Program-made: the position numbers and the translations under genes
The notes under the pieces: model-generated
Databases searched by the model: none
What the model saw: only the letters and a program-made list of their open reading frames with translations
Told to the model about the DNA's origin: nothing
Assembly: GCA_038817565.1 (NCBI GenBank)
Contig: JAWAZO010000001.1
Coordinates: 1 to 59,756 of the forward strand
DNA from: Candidatus Bathyarchaeia archaeon
Lineage (GTDB): Archaea > Thermoproteota > Bathyarchaeia > Bathyarchaeales > Bathycorpusculaceae
Direction: 5' to 3'
DNA: 59,756 nt
In this document: in pieces, positions 36,247 through 45,510 of the stretch
How positions within the stretch are numbered: position 1 is the first letter of the stretch
Layout: every line of letters starts with the position of its first letter

Positions 36247-36333
36247 CAGACCGGCTTTAACAAAATCTATAAGATGAAAGTTTTTGATATATAATATAAC
36301 AGTTGAGATCGCGTGATTAAAAGCTGTTTTAAG

Positions 36334-36825
36334 TTATAGTGTGTAAAGGTATACTTGGTGGGTGTGAATTCCCCTTTCGAATATTTGAATACTTTTTGTT
36401 GGCTTGAGCCCGTTTAGGCTATGGTCATGGACTAGCACTCTTGTCCCTTTTCGGCATTCATTTATTATTTTTTCTGAAAGCCTTGGAATTATTGGTGGGA
36501 ATGGATAGACGTATATCACGTTGAATTTTGATAAGTCTGCTGTGAATAGATCTGAGTAGACAACGTCAATTAGGTGTTTTAGTTTGGCGTTCTCCACTTT
36601 TTTGCGGGCAAGCTTGACCAGCACTGGGTTAATTTCAAACCCGACGCAGAAAGCTCCGAATTTTTTGGCAGCCTCTATTAATATGGAGCCGTCTCCGCAT
36701 CCAAGGTCTGCGAAAACCTCGTTTGGTTTGACTTCAACCATGTTTAAAGCCGCCTTAATGACGGATGATGGACTTGGAAGATATGGAAACTCCACAAGTC
36801 TTCTGATGATTGCGGATTCCTGCAA
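36334..36825 (-). CDS. Class I SAM-dependent methyltransferase
   Basis: Motif I FADLGCGDGSILIEAA. Confidence 0.8.
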   Translation of the reverse strand: MQESAIIRRLVEFPYLPSPSSVIKAALNMVEVKPNEVFADLGCGDGSILIEAAKKFGAFCVGFEINPVLVKLARKKVENAKLKHLIDVVYSDLFTADLSKFNVIYVYPFPPIIPRLSEKIINECRKGTRVLVHDHSLNGLKPTKSIQIFERGIHTHQVYLYTL

Positions 36826-36840
36826 CTATCTTCTCCAAAA

Positions 36841-36860
36841 TTAAAGTTAATTAACTTTAA
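36841..36860. promoter_or_regulatory. 20-nt perfect palindrome in a divergent intergenic region, plus a third half-site
   Basis: TTAAAGTTAATTAACTTTAA. The half-site AAAGTTAA recurs at 36866-36873. Confidence 0.45.
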
Positions 36861-36888
36861 AAGGTAAAGTTAACGGTTTGGTGGAATT

Positions 36889-37254
36889 ATGACGAGATTT
36901 GTGGTTCAGCGCCACCACGCAACACATTTACATTACGATTTTAGGCTGGAGATGGACGGTGTCTTGAAAAGTTGGGCAGTTCCAAAAGAGCCGCCAACAC
37001 AGTCCGGGGTTAGAAGGTTGGCGGTCATGGTTGAGGATCACCCGCTAAGCTATATAGACTTTGAGGGCATAATACCGGAAGGGATGTATGGCGCTGGAAA
37101 AGTGGAAATCTGGGACAAGGGCACATACACCTTGAAAAGTAGAAGTGTCAATAAAATAGAGTTCACGTTACATGGTGAGAAACTGAAGGGAGACTATGCC
37201 CTAATAATGTTTAAGGGAGATAAAAACTGGCTTTTAATAAAGAAGAAAACCTAG
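36889..37254 (+). CDS. Stand-alone LigD-type 3'-phosphoesterase (PE) domain protein
   Basis: [45 protein letters not shown]. Confidence 0.8.
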   Translation: MTRFVVQRHHATHLHYDFRLEMDGVLKSWAVPKEPPTQSGVRRLAVMVEDHPLSYIDFEGIIPEGMYGAGKVEIWDKGTYTLKSRSVNKIEFTLHGEKLKGDYALIMFKGDKNWLLIKKKT

Positions 37255-37309
37255 CTTGACGTTGAGAAATGCTTTAAAGCCTTAAAGCCTTTCACCTTGA
37301 AAAGCGGTC

Positions 37310-38617
37310 TTGATGAAAAAGAGGAATGAGCAAACTTCAAGGTTGACTCCTTTCAAGAAGATCTTTGTTAATTTGGGCATTTTCCAGTTTTTAACCTTTC
37401 TTCGAAGGGGAATATTCTATACTTTCATGGTTAATTATCTTTACATGCTTATGCATACTGTGACTTCAACAGCAGCCCTCGGAACCTTTGACATGATTGC
37501 CTCTGCTTTGGGTCAAAACCTTCTTTGGGGGAGGGTGTGTGACCGTTTTAGGGTTAGAACTAAGCTCATAATAATTGGGGAGAGCATAGCTGGCTTCACA
37601 TATACAATCGTGTTTTTCATTCATAGACTTTTACTCGATGCTGGAAGAAGTTTTGACGCTGGCTTAACAATAATCTTTGGGCTGGCTTTTCTAGAGTTCT
37701 TCTGGTCTATGTCTGATGTGGGCTGGACTGTACTTTTAACGGACATAACAACTCTAAGCTCCCGCGGCAAAATTGTTGGTTCATTAAACTTTATCGCTTC
37801 CTTGGGAAGGATGGTCGGAATAATATTCGCCGGCTCCCTTTACGCTGGCGGTGAGGGTTTCAGAAGGGGGACAATTTTTTGGACTGTGACGGCGCTATTG
37901 TTTGCCGGAGCAGCCATAATGGCTTTTGTCTCAAAAAGCATAGGGAAAGAGGGCTTAAGACTTGCAAATGAACAGCAGACAACAGAACATAAAGCTCGGG
38001 AAAAAACTCTTATAAACAATGAGAGGGCATACAAGTGGTTTCTGACATCCCTAATAATCATTGTTTTGGGCGCAGCCTCAGTGAACCAGATATTCTTCCT
38101 TTTCATTAAGCTTCAAGATGGCTCAAACGCAAGTGACTATGAAATGAGCTTAATAATTAGTGCTTGGACCGTCGGCGGCATGATGGCAAGCGCCATCTTC
38201 GGGAGACTTGCAGACAAGATTGGAAGGGAAAAAGCATTGCTTTTGGGGTTAATTCTAGCAGTGGTCACTCCGGCGTTATATAGCCAAGCAGTAAACGTTC
38301 CTCTAATGGCTTTTATCTATGGGTTAAATGGCGTGGCCTTTTGGGGTATCCAGACAGTGGGCTTCGCGCTTGCTGGAGACCTAACTCCAGAGCATAGGAG
38401 GGGGATACTTTTAAGCCGCTATAATGCGGTTATTGCCTTAAGCTGGGGACCAGCCGGAATTCTCATAGGTGGACCCTTCGCAGATATTCAAATTAAAATT
38501 TTAGGAATGCGAGAGCATATAGCCTTCGTAAATGCTTTCTACCTATCATCAGCCATAGTAGCGGCTGGCACTGTACTATTCGCCATAAAATTCTTGAAGG
38601 TTAAACGCATAACCTAA
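37310..38617 (+). CDS. MFS transporter
   Basis: 435 aa, about 12 TM. ATG at 37313 directly after the TTG in the track. Confidence 0.75.
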   Translation: MMKKRNEQTSRLTPFKKIFVNLGIFQFLTFLRRGIFYTFMVNYLYMLMHTVTSTAALGTFDMIASALGQNLLWGRVCDRFRVRTKLIIIGESIAGFTYTIVFFIHRLLLDAGRSFDAGLTIIFGLAFLEFFWSMSDVGWTVLLTDITTLSSRGKIVGSLNFIASLGRMVGIIFAGSLYAGGEGFRRGTIFWTVTALLFAGAAIMAFVSKSIGKEGLRLANEQQTTEHKAREKTLINNERAYKWFLTSLIIIVLGAASVNQIFFLFIKLQDGSNASDYEMSLIISAWTVGGMMASAIFGRLADKIGREKALLLGLILAVVTPALYSQAVNVPLMAFIYGLNGVAFWGIQTVGFALAGDLTPEHRRGILLSRYNAVIALSWGPAGILIGGPFADIQIKILGMREHIAFVNAFYLSSAIVAAGTVLFAIKFLKVKRIT

Positions 38618-38640
38618 ACTGGATAAGGAGGGAAACTTGT

Positions 38641-39129
38641 ATGCTTAAATTTGAAACTGTGAAAATTGACGTGCCAAAAGATTGCAATGTGATTTTGGGC
38701 ACAGCCCACTTCATAAAAACTGTTGAAGACCTATACGAGGCTTTAGTTAACGCAGTTCCAAACATAAAATTTGGGATAGGCTTCTGCGAAAGCTCAGGAC
38801 CATGCCTTGTTAGACACGAGGGAAACGACGAAGAATTAAGACAGCTTGCCGCCAAAAAAGCCTTTGAACTTGCATGTGGCCATAGCTTTATAATCTTCAT
38901 TAAAAACGCCTATCCAATAAACGTTTTAGACAAGATTAGAAAAGCGCCGGAGGTTTGCACAGTTTATGCTGCCACGGCTAACCCCTTGGAAGTTGTGGTT
39001 GCAGAAACAGAGCAGGGTAGGGGAATAGTAGGCGTCATAGACGGCTTCAAAAGTAAGGGGATAGAAACAGAAAACGACATTAAAGCGAGAAAGGAGTTTC
39101 TGCGGAAAATTGGGTATAAGCTCAGCTAA
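38641..39129 (+). CDS. Adenosine-specific kinase family protein (PAE2307-like)
   Basis: [63 protein letters not shown]. Confidence 0.7.
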   Translation: MLKFETVKIDVPKDCNVILGTAHFIKTVEDLYEALVNAVPNIKFGIGFCESSGPCLVRHEGNDEELRQLAAKKAFELACGHSFIIFIKNAYPINVLDKIRKAPEVCTVYAATANPLEVVVAETEQGRGIVGVIDGFKSKGIETENDIKARKEFLRKIGYKLS

Positions 39130-39191
39130 AAAGAACCGCGCAGGGTGGAATTAGCGTTAACGCCTATTTTGCTAATATCTGAAGCTTTGAA

Positions 39192-39440
39192 TTACGGGGC
39201 TACCAGTTCCTGTTGAATTTCAAAAGGAACTTTTTCCTTCATTCGTTCGGCGGCGTATTCCGCCAATATTTTAAATTGTTTTTCTGTTAGAATGCTGCGT
39301 GCCCTTGAAAGTATATCTAAGCATATTTCTTTAAAAACGAGGTCAGCACACCTCATTTTTGCATCGTCAATTAATTCCTTGCACGCTTGAAGGATCTGAC
39401 TGTTCAATGTATTTCCACCCTGCAAAACATAGTTAATCAT
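39192..39440 (-). CDS. Small helical protein, unknown function
   Basis: 82 aa. The ATG lies 14 nt from copy B of the 36-nt motif (likely a short or absent leader). Confidence 0.4.
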   Translation of the reverse strand: MINYVLQGGNTLNSQILQACKELIDDAKMRCADLVFKEICLDILSRARSILTEKQFKILAEYAAERMKEKVPFEIQQELVAP

Positions 39441-39454
39441 AAAACATTAAAACG

Positions 39455-39490
39455 CTTATGAATTCAAAAACTATATTCAAAATTCTGATT
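39455..39490. repeat. Copy B of a 36-nt conserved promoter-region motif
   Basis: CTTATGAATTCAAAAACTATATTCAAAATTCTGATT. Confidence 0.85.
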
Positions 39491-39560
39491 ACAAAGCACT
39501 TAACATTCAACATGAGCATTATTAAGAATTTCAGACAAACATAATGATCGTGAGCCTAAA

Positions 39561-40016
39561 ATGAAAAGCGTGGGAAAGAGTGAGGTCTACTTTATAGGGG
39601 TTGTTGAAAAAGCTGGTGATGAAGAAGCCCAAATAAGGATTTTCCCAGAGTTTTGCAGTGGACTCAAGGATGTGGAGGAATTCTCCCATCTAATTGTTTT
39701 ATACTGGTTCCATTTGCGCGATAATGAGGCTGATAGGCGGACGCTGATTGTTTTTCCGAAGAGACACATGATTAATGTGGAAAAGGGTGTTTTCGCTTGT
39801 AGAAGTCCATCAAGACCAAATCCCATAGGATTGTGTGTTGTAGAACTTGTTAAGAGAGAAGACTGTGTTTTGACAGTTAGAGGTTTGGACGCTTTTGAAG
39901 GTTCGCCAATAATAGACATAAAACCCTACATTCCAAGTGTGGATTTTGTCGAAAATGTAAGGGTTCCAGACTGGGTAAACTGCAATGTGGTAAAAGATAA
40001 AAAAGAGATGGTGTGA
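39561..40016 (+). CDS. trmO: tRNA (t6A37-N6)-methyltransferase TrmO/TsaA family
   Basis: FSHLIVLYWFH, GVFACRSPSRPNPIGL, GLDAFEGSPIIDIKPY. Confidence 0.8.
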   Translation: MKSVGKSEVYFIGVVEKAGDEEAQIRIFPEFCSGLKDVEEFSHLIVLYWFHLRDNEADRRTLIVFPKRHMINVEKGVFACRSPSRPNPIGLCVVELVKREDCVLTVRGLDAFEGSPIIDIKPYIPSVDFVENVRVPDWVNCNVVKDKKEMV

Positions 40017-40813
40017 TAAATTCGGAGAGAAGGATAAAAAGGATGTACGTGCCTGCTGTTAAGTTGTCTGGAGTCTCGAAACGTTACGGCAGCTTAACGG
40101 CTGTTGACTACCTTGACTTAGAGGTTAAAAGGGGCGAAATATTGGGTCTTCTTGGACCGAATGGGTCGGGTAAATCAACAACTTTAAAAATGATTTTGGG
40201 GTTAGTTAAGCCTGACACGGGTTCAATAAACGTTTTGGGTATTAACGTGGAAGACGACCCTATAACTGTTAAGCGTAAAATAGGTTATGTGCCGGAGGCC
40301 CCACGTGTTTACGAGTTTCTGACAGGGCTGGAGTTTTTGGATTTTGTTGGCAGTGTTTATGGCATGAGCCTAGAAGAACGAAAGTTGCGTATCGAGGAGT
40401 TCGTGAAAGCTTTAGACCTTGAGGGGCGGGAAGGCGACCTAATAAGCTCTTATTCAGAGGGGATGAAGCAGAAAGTTGTCATAATTTCGGCGCTTATGCA
40501 CAAACCTGAACTCCTCCTTCTAGATGAGCCCCTAAGTGGTTTAGATCCGAAATCAGCCCGCATTGTGAAAGATTTGCTTAGGGAGTTGGCTTTTCAAGGT
40601 GTTACCACGATAATGTCTACGCATATTTTGGAGATTGCCCAAGCCATGTGCGACCGCATAGCCATAATGTATGGTGGGCGACTTCTGGCTTTAGGCACAA
40701 TGGACGAGCTTAGGCGCAAGGCTAAAATGCCGGAATCCGGGCTGGAGGACATTTTCCTAAAGCTGACTGGAACTGGTGATGTTAAGCCCATTGTTGAGGC
40801 GCTGATGAAGTGA
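40013..40813 (+). CDS. ABC transporter ATP-binding protein (ABC-2 type)
   Basis: Walker A GPNGSGKST, signature YSEGMKQK, Walker B LLLDEP. The GTG overlaps the trmO stop. An alternative ATG lies at 40043. Confidence 0.85.
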   Translation: MINSERRIKRMYVPAVKLSGVSKRYGSLTAVDYLDLEVKRGEILGLLGPNGSGKSTTLKMILGLVKPDTGSINVLGINVEDDPITVKRKIGYVPEAPRVYEFLTGLEFLDFVGSVYGMSLEERKLRIEEFVKALDLEGREGDLISSYSEGMKQKVVIISALMHKPELLLLDEPLSGLDPKSARIVKDLLRELAFQGVTTIMSTHILEIAQAMCDRIAIMYGGRLLALGTMDELRRKAKMPESGLEDIFLKLTGTGDVKPIVEALMK

Positions 40814-42495
40814 ACTGGAAAAATGTCCTACTCTTAATAAGCGTAGACGTTAAAGCTTCAAGAGTGGTTAGGGGTGCAAGGTTTAGACGTTTTAGTGAAA
40901 ACAAAGTTGTAACGTACGCCCTATACATTGGTGCTTGCTTTCTAGGGTTGCTGGTTGGCTTCTTCGCTGGGAACTTTATTGCTGGGATAACCGACCCTAC
41001 TTTAATGCAGCTGGCTCATAAAGGTGCAACCACCCTTTTCATAGCCTTGCCGATCATGGCGCTTCTTTACGGGCTTATTTTCACCCAGATAAGCCAGTTT
41101 CAACGCATAGGCGCAAAGATAACTATTCAACCCCCTTATTGGCTTCCTATAACGTGGGCAGAGCACACTCTCGCCTCAATAATAGCCAACATTCTGGGGG
41201 CGCCCCTAATAATAACAGTCTTCATTAGCTCAGCCATAATTATGGCTTCGCTTTTCTTAGGGTTGCTGCCACTCGCAGCTTTTACGGTGTTGACGTTGTT
41301 GATAAGCCTATTCTTATCCAGCATAACCACAGAAGTGCTCAAGGTTGTGCAGGTCAGAATCTCCGGGGCGATTACTAAGGCTGCTGGCAGGGCTGCTATC
41401 TGGGTGAGGTTCATCGGCACCATAATATTCTTCATAGTTTTCTACATGATTTATTTCTCGCTCTACTATAACGTGTCACCTCAGATACTTATTGAGTGGG
41501 TTGCCACAGGACAGAGAATGCTCTGGTTTATCCCATACCTTTGGCATGGAGCCGCGCTGTCGTCCTTCGCCTCGAGCTTGTGGCTGGAAACAGCCTTGTT
41601 CTTGCTATTTTCGATAGGATTCATCTATGCACTTTTTCTAGCGGCAACCATTTTGAATGCGAGATTCGGCTTATACGAAGCCCCAACAATAAAGGTTTCC
41701 AGCAGAGTTTACACTCCAAAAACTGGTTTTCTCGGAAGGCTTGGATTTTCGCCCCTTGAAGCGGCCATCATTAGAAAAGATTTTAAGGCTTTCACTAGGC
41801 GCCGCGAACTCATGCAGATATTCATAATCCCAATAGTCCTTATTATCATGCCTATCCTTTCCACAATGAGGGGAGAAACTGCACTACCGCCTACAATATC
41901 TACATTCTTGTTTATTTACATGACGCTGCTGCCCGGTGGCTTTATCGCCTTTTCGTTAGGAAACATAATTGTTGGCTCAGAAGGAAGTGGCATGTGGCTT
42001 GTAAACTCAATGCCGATATCTGCAAAAAGCTTTGTGAGGGCAAAATACGCCTTTATCGAACTTTTCAGCTTAATCGTGATCTTTGCATGCTCAGTTGCCG
42101 CCTGTTTCATACTAGCACCGTCAATTAAGGCGTTGTTCATAGTGGCTCTGGAATCTATTTTTTTGGCTTTCGCCCTGGGCATGGTTTCACTTGTCTGTGG
42201 ATTAAAAGGCGCCGACTTCCAAGAACTGCCAAGACCAAAAATGGTTAAGCCGCTTTGGAGCTTGCTTAATATGGCTGTCTGTGCCGTGGTCGGGCTACTA
42301 ATAATCGGTCCAATGCTTCCATACGGCTTTCAGAGAATCTTCCAATCCTTTTTTGTGACTGCTTCATTGTTGCCCAGCTATTATCCCTATATCGCCCTGC
42401 CCATAAGCGGAATCATAGCCTTCATAACAACTTATGTAGCCTACAAACTAGCCTTAAATAGTGCCGAGGAACTATTGCAGAGCATAGAACGATAA
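40810..42495 (+). CDS. Large polytopic ABC-2-type permease (putative)
   Basis: 561 aa, at least 10 hydrophobic helices. 4-nt overlap with the upstream ATPase. Confidence 0.6.
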   Translation: MNWKNVLLLISVDVKASRVVRGARFRRFSENKVVTYALYIGACFLGLLVGFFAGNFIAGITDPTLMQLAHKGATTLFIALPIMALLYGLIFTQISQFQRIGAKITIQPPYWLPITWAEHTLASIIANILGAPLIITVFISSAIIMASLFLGLLPLAAFTVLTLLISLFLSSITTEVLKVVQVRISGAITKAAGRAAIWVRFIGTIIFFIVFYMIYFSLYYNVSPQILIEWVATGQRMLWFIPYLWHGAALSSFASSLWLETALFLLFSIGFIYALFLAATILNARFGLYEAPTIKVSSRVYTPKTGFLGRLGFSPLEAAIIRKDFKAFTRRRELMQIFIIPIVLIIMPILSTMRGETALPPTISTFLFIYMTLLPGGFIAFSLGNIIVGSEGSGMWLVNSMPISAKSFVRAKYAFIELFSLIVIFACSVAACFILAPSIKALFIVALESIFLAFALGMVSLVCGLKGADFQELPRPKMVKPLWSLLNMAVCAVVGLLIIGPMLPYGFQRIFQSFFVTASLLPSYYPYIALPISGIIAFITTYVAYKLALNSAEELLQSIER

Positions 42496-42510
42496 AAAGG
42501 AGAATGCCAG

Positions 42511-43452
42511 ATGGATTTGGCAATAGAAACAGTCGGCTTAACAAAAAGGTACGGCTCATTGATCGCCGTGAACAAGTTAAACCTTAAAGTTGAAAAGAAC
42601 ACAATTCACGGTTTTCTCGGTCCCAACGGCGCTGGAAAAACCACAACAATAAAGGTTTTAGTTGGGCTTTTAAGACCTGACGAGGGTGTTGTTAGGGTTC
42701 TTGGGCATGAAGTATGTGGAGATGTGCCAGAAGCCCGTCTTAAAGTGGGTTATATGCCCGAGCTCCCCAAATTTCCAAAGCATTTGAGGGGTTGGGAGCT
42801 TCTGGACCTTTATGGGCGGATGTATGGGATGTCTGAGCAGCAGCGGAGGGAGCAGATACCAAAGCTTCTGGAGATGGTTGGGCTTAAGGGTAGGGAAAAA
42901 GACCTTATTGGAAAATACAGTAAGGGGATGCAGCAGCGTTTGGGCATAGCCCAAGCCTTGTTAAACGACCCTGAACTGGTTATTTTAGATGAGCCAAGCC
43001 TCGGCTTGGACCCTGTTGGAATGGTTGAAGTTAGAGAACTTGTGAAAAACATAGCTAAGGAGGGCAGAACTGTTTTCCTTTCCTCGCATCTACTTTTTGA
43101 AGTGGAGCAGGTCTGCACACACGTAACGATAATTCATAAGGGTGTTGCCTTAGCCTCAGACGCTCTTCAAAACATTTACAATAAAATATCTGGAGCCGCC
43201 ACACTTGTGGTGGAATTGGCAAAGCCCTTAGACTCTATTGCCTACGTGTTGGGGAAGTTGCCGTTCGTGTCTAATGTTATGCAGGAGGGCAAAACGCTGG
43301 TGATAGAGTTGAAAACCCAAGACGATGTTAGACCGCAGATTTCTCAAGAAATAACAAGGGCTGGCGGCGTAATAGTTTCTATGAATCTTAGGGGACGGAC
43401 TCTCGAGGAAGTTTTCATGCAGCTTATTACAGAATCTGGAGGCAAAAAGTGA
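42511..43452 (+). CDS. ABC transporter ATP-binding protein (ABC-2 type, with C-terminal accessory domain)
   Basis: Walker A GPNGAGKTT, signature YSKGMQQR, Walker B VILDEP, H-loop SSH. Confidence 0.85.
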   Translation: MDLAIETVGLTKRYGSLIAVNKLNLKVEKNTIHGFLGPNGAGKTTTIKVLVGLLRPDEGVVRVLGHEVCGDVPEARLKVGYMPELPKFPKHLRGWELLDLYGRMYGMSEQQRREQIPKLLEMVGLKGREKDLIGKYSKGMQQRLGIAQALLNDPELVILDEPSLGLDPVGMVEVRELVKNIAKEGRTVFLSSHLLFEVEQVCTHVTIIHKGVALASDALQNIYNKISGAATLVVELAKPLDSIAYVLGKLPFVSNVMQEGKTLVIELKTQDDVRPQISQEITRAGGVIVSMNLRGRTLEEVFMQLITESGGKK

Positions 43453-44384
43453 TGAAGGCAAAGGCGCAGAGTGGTTGGATAACCCGCTTCTGGGCGATTG
43501 TGAAATATGAGCTGCTTTGGAATATTCGGAAAAAGAAGTTCATAGGTGTAATGGTTCTCGCTCTTACTCTCGCCACTTTATCCTTGATTTTGCCAGTAGT
43601 CATTCGCAATGTTGTTGGCGGTGAATATCTTCCACAGAACCCCGACTACGTAATCAGCACAGGGGTTGGAATAGGTGGCATGGGCATATTTCTCTTTGCA
43701 GTAGCTATAGCCATGAACAGCATTTCAGGCGAATTTGAAAGCGGCTCAATTGTCCCGCTTTTAACAAAGCCTGTTTCGAGAACCATGATTTTTACTGGCA
43801 AACTTTTAGCGGCATTCGTAACTCTTTTTGCTGCTTATGCAAGCCTCCTAGTTTACATGGCTGTTGGTGGATGGATAGTTTACGGTCCTCAAAACAACCT
43901 CCACCTTCTGCCCCTCTCACTGCTAGGCGCATTAATCAGCACTTTTGTATGGATTGCCATGGTTATATTCATAGGAACCCTTTCAAAAAGCTCTTTACTA
44001 GCCGCCCTCGGAACCTTCGGCATATACATGGCTTTAACCATAAGCTCCTCAATAATTTCAGCCTTCACAGACCAAGCATGGATTCTAAACTATCTTCCCG
44101 GAAGTGGCGCCGCAGGATTTCTCAAAGCTGACGAAACAATAATGAGAGGCATATCAACAGGAACCGACAATATAGCCGCTAACATAATAAACTACATGCT
44201 TTACCCATCAGCGGAGGTAGCCTACCTGAAATTCAGCTTTATGCCAGGAAGCCCATTCACAGAACTTTTTAGAGAACCATTATGGTTTGTGCTTTTGAGA
44301 TCTTTGCTTGTGGCCTTCGCCTACATTCTTGGGCTATTTGCCATAGCATGGTACTCGTTTAAACGGGCACAAGTACTCGAATAG
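43449..44384 (+). CDS. ABC-2 family permease
   Basis: 311 aa, six TM segments. 4-nt overlap with the ATPase. Confidence 0.7.
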   Translation: MMKAKAQSGWITRFWAIVKYELLWNIRKKKFIGVMVLALTLATLSLILPVVIRNVVGGEYLPQNPDYVISTGVGIGGMGIFLFAVAIAMNSISGEFESGSIVPLLTKPVSRTMIFTGKLLAAFVTLFAAYASLLVYMAVGGWIVYGPQNNLHLLPLSLLGALISTFVWIAMVIFIGTLSKSSLLAALGTFGIYMALTISSSIISAFTDQAWILNYLPGSGAAGFLKADETIMRGISTGTDNIAANIINYMLYPSAEVAYLKFSFMPGSPFTELFREPLWFVLLRSLLVAFAYILGLFAIAWYSFKRAQVLE

Positions 44385-44476
44385 CGTACTTCAACAATTA
44401 TATTGGCGTTTTTCTTTGGAAGCTCTTATATATCTTAAATCTTTAAAGCCCATTTCTGCAAGCTCGGGGTTTCTAA

Positions 44477-45451
44477 ATGTACAGAAAGCACTCAAAGAAA
44501 ATTCTTGTCACGGGGGCTACGGGTCAAATTGGCTCCGAATTGACAATGGAGTTACGAGCCAGATATGGCAGAGAAAATGTTGTTGCCGCTGGGCACAGAA
44601 GAAAACCCAGCGAAGCACTACTAAAATCGGGTCCTTTTGAGTTTTTAGACGCTACCAAAAGAGAGGGTATTGAAAAAATCGTCAAAGAATATGATGTTGA
44701 CACAATTTATCATTTGGCCGCTGTTCTCTCAGCCGTTGGGGAAGAGAACCCACAAAATGCATGGAACATTAACATGGGAAGCCTATATAACGTGCTGGAG
44801 ATAGCAAGGCAATACGGCCTAAGGGTTTTCTGGCCGAGTTCCATAGCAGTCTTCGGTCCAGAGGCACCCCGCGTCAAAACTCCTCAAAACACTGTTTTGA
44901 TTCCGCGAACAATGTATGGTGTGACGAAGGTTGCTGGTGAATTACTCTGCAATTATTATTTTCTCCGCTATGGCGTTGACATTCGAAGCGTCCGCTACCC
45001 AGGCATAATAAGCAGTGAAACTCCCCCTGGTGGGGGTACAACAGACTATGCTGTGGAAATTTTTTATGAGGCTGTTAGGCGTAAGCGTTACACGTGCTTT
45101 TTGAGGGCTGACACAGTCTTGCCCATGATGTATATGCCCGACTGTATAAGCGCAGCTATAACCTTGATGGAAGCTGACGCCTCGCGGATTAGGTGCCGCA
45201 CAAGCTATAATGTGGCGGCTATGAGCTTTTCTCCCGCCGAGCTTGTGGCGGAAATTAAGAAGTATATTCCAGATTTTATCTGCGAGTACAAGCCGGATTT
45301 CAGGCAGAAGATTGCTGACTCTTGGCCTATGTCCATAGATGACACTGCAGCCCGTGAGGATTGGGGCTGGAATCCAAAATATGATTTGGCTTCTATGACC
45401 CGTGACATGATTGAGAAGCTTTCTAGGCGTTTCGCCGAGGGACGACTTTAA
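44477..45451 (+). CDS. tdh: SDR/epimerase-type L-threonine 3-dehydrogenase
   Basis: VTGATGQIGSEL, YGVTK (YxxxK), PGGGTTDYAV, SWPMSIDD. Adjacent to kbl. Confidence 0.75.
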   Translation: MYRKHSKKILVTGATGQIGSELTMELRARYGRENVVAAGHRRKPSEALLKSGPFEFLDATKREGIEKIVKEYDVDTIYHLAAVLSAVGEENPQNAWNINMGSLYNVLEIARQYGLRVFWPSSIAVFGPEAPRVKTPQNTVLIPRTMYGVTKVAGELLCNYYFLRYGVDIRSVRYPGIISSETPPGGGTTDYAVEIFYEAVRRKRYTCFLRADTVLPMMYMPDCISAAITLMEADASRIRCRTSYNVAAMSFSPAELVAEIKKYIPDFICEYKPDFRQKIADSWPMSIDDTAAREDWGWNPKYDLASMTRDMIEKLSRRFAEGRL

Positions 45452-45510
45452 ACGTTTCTTTCAGCCACATTTTTATAGGAAGCGTTAAAAGCCCTAAAAT
45501 TTCACACTAT

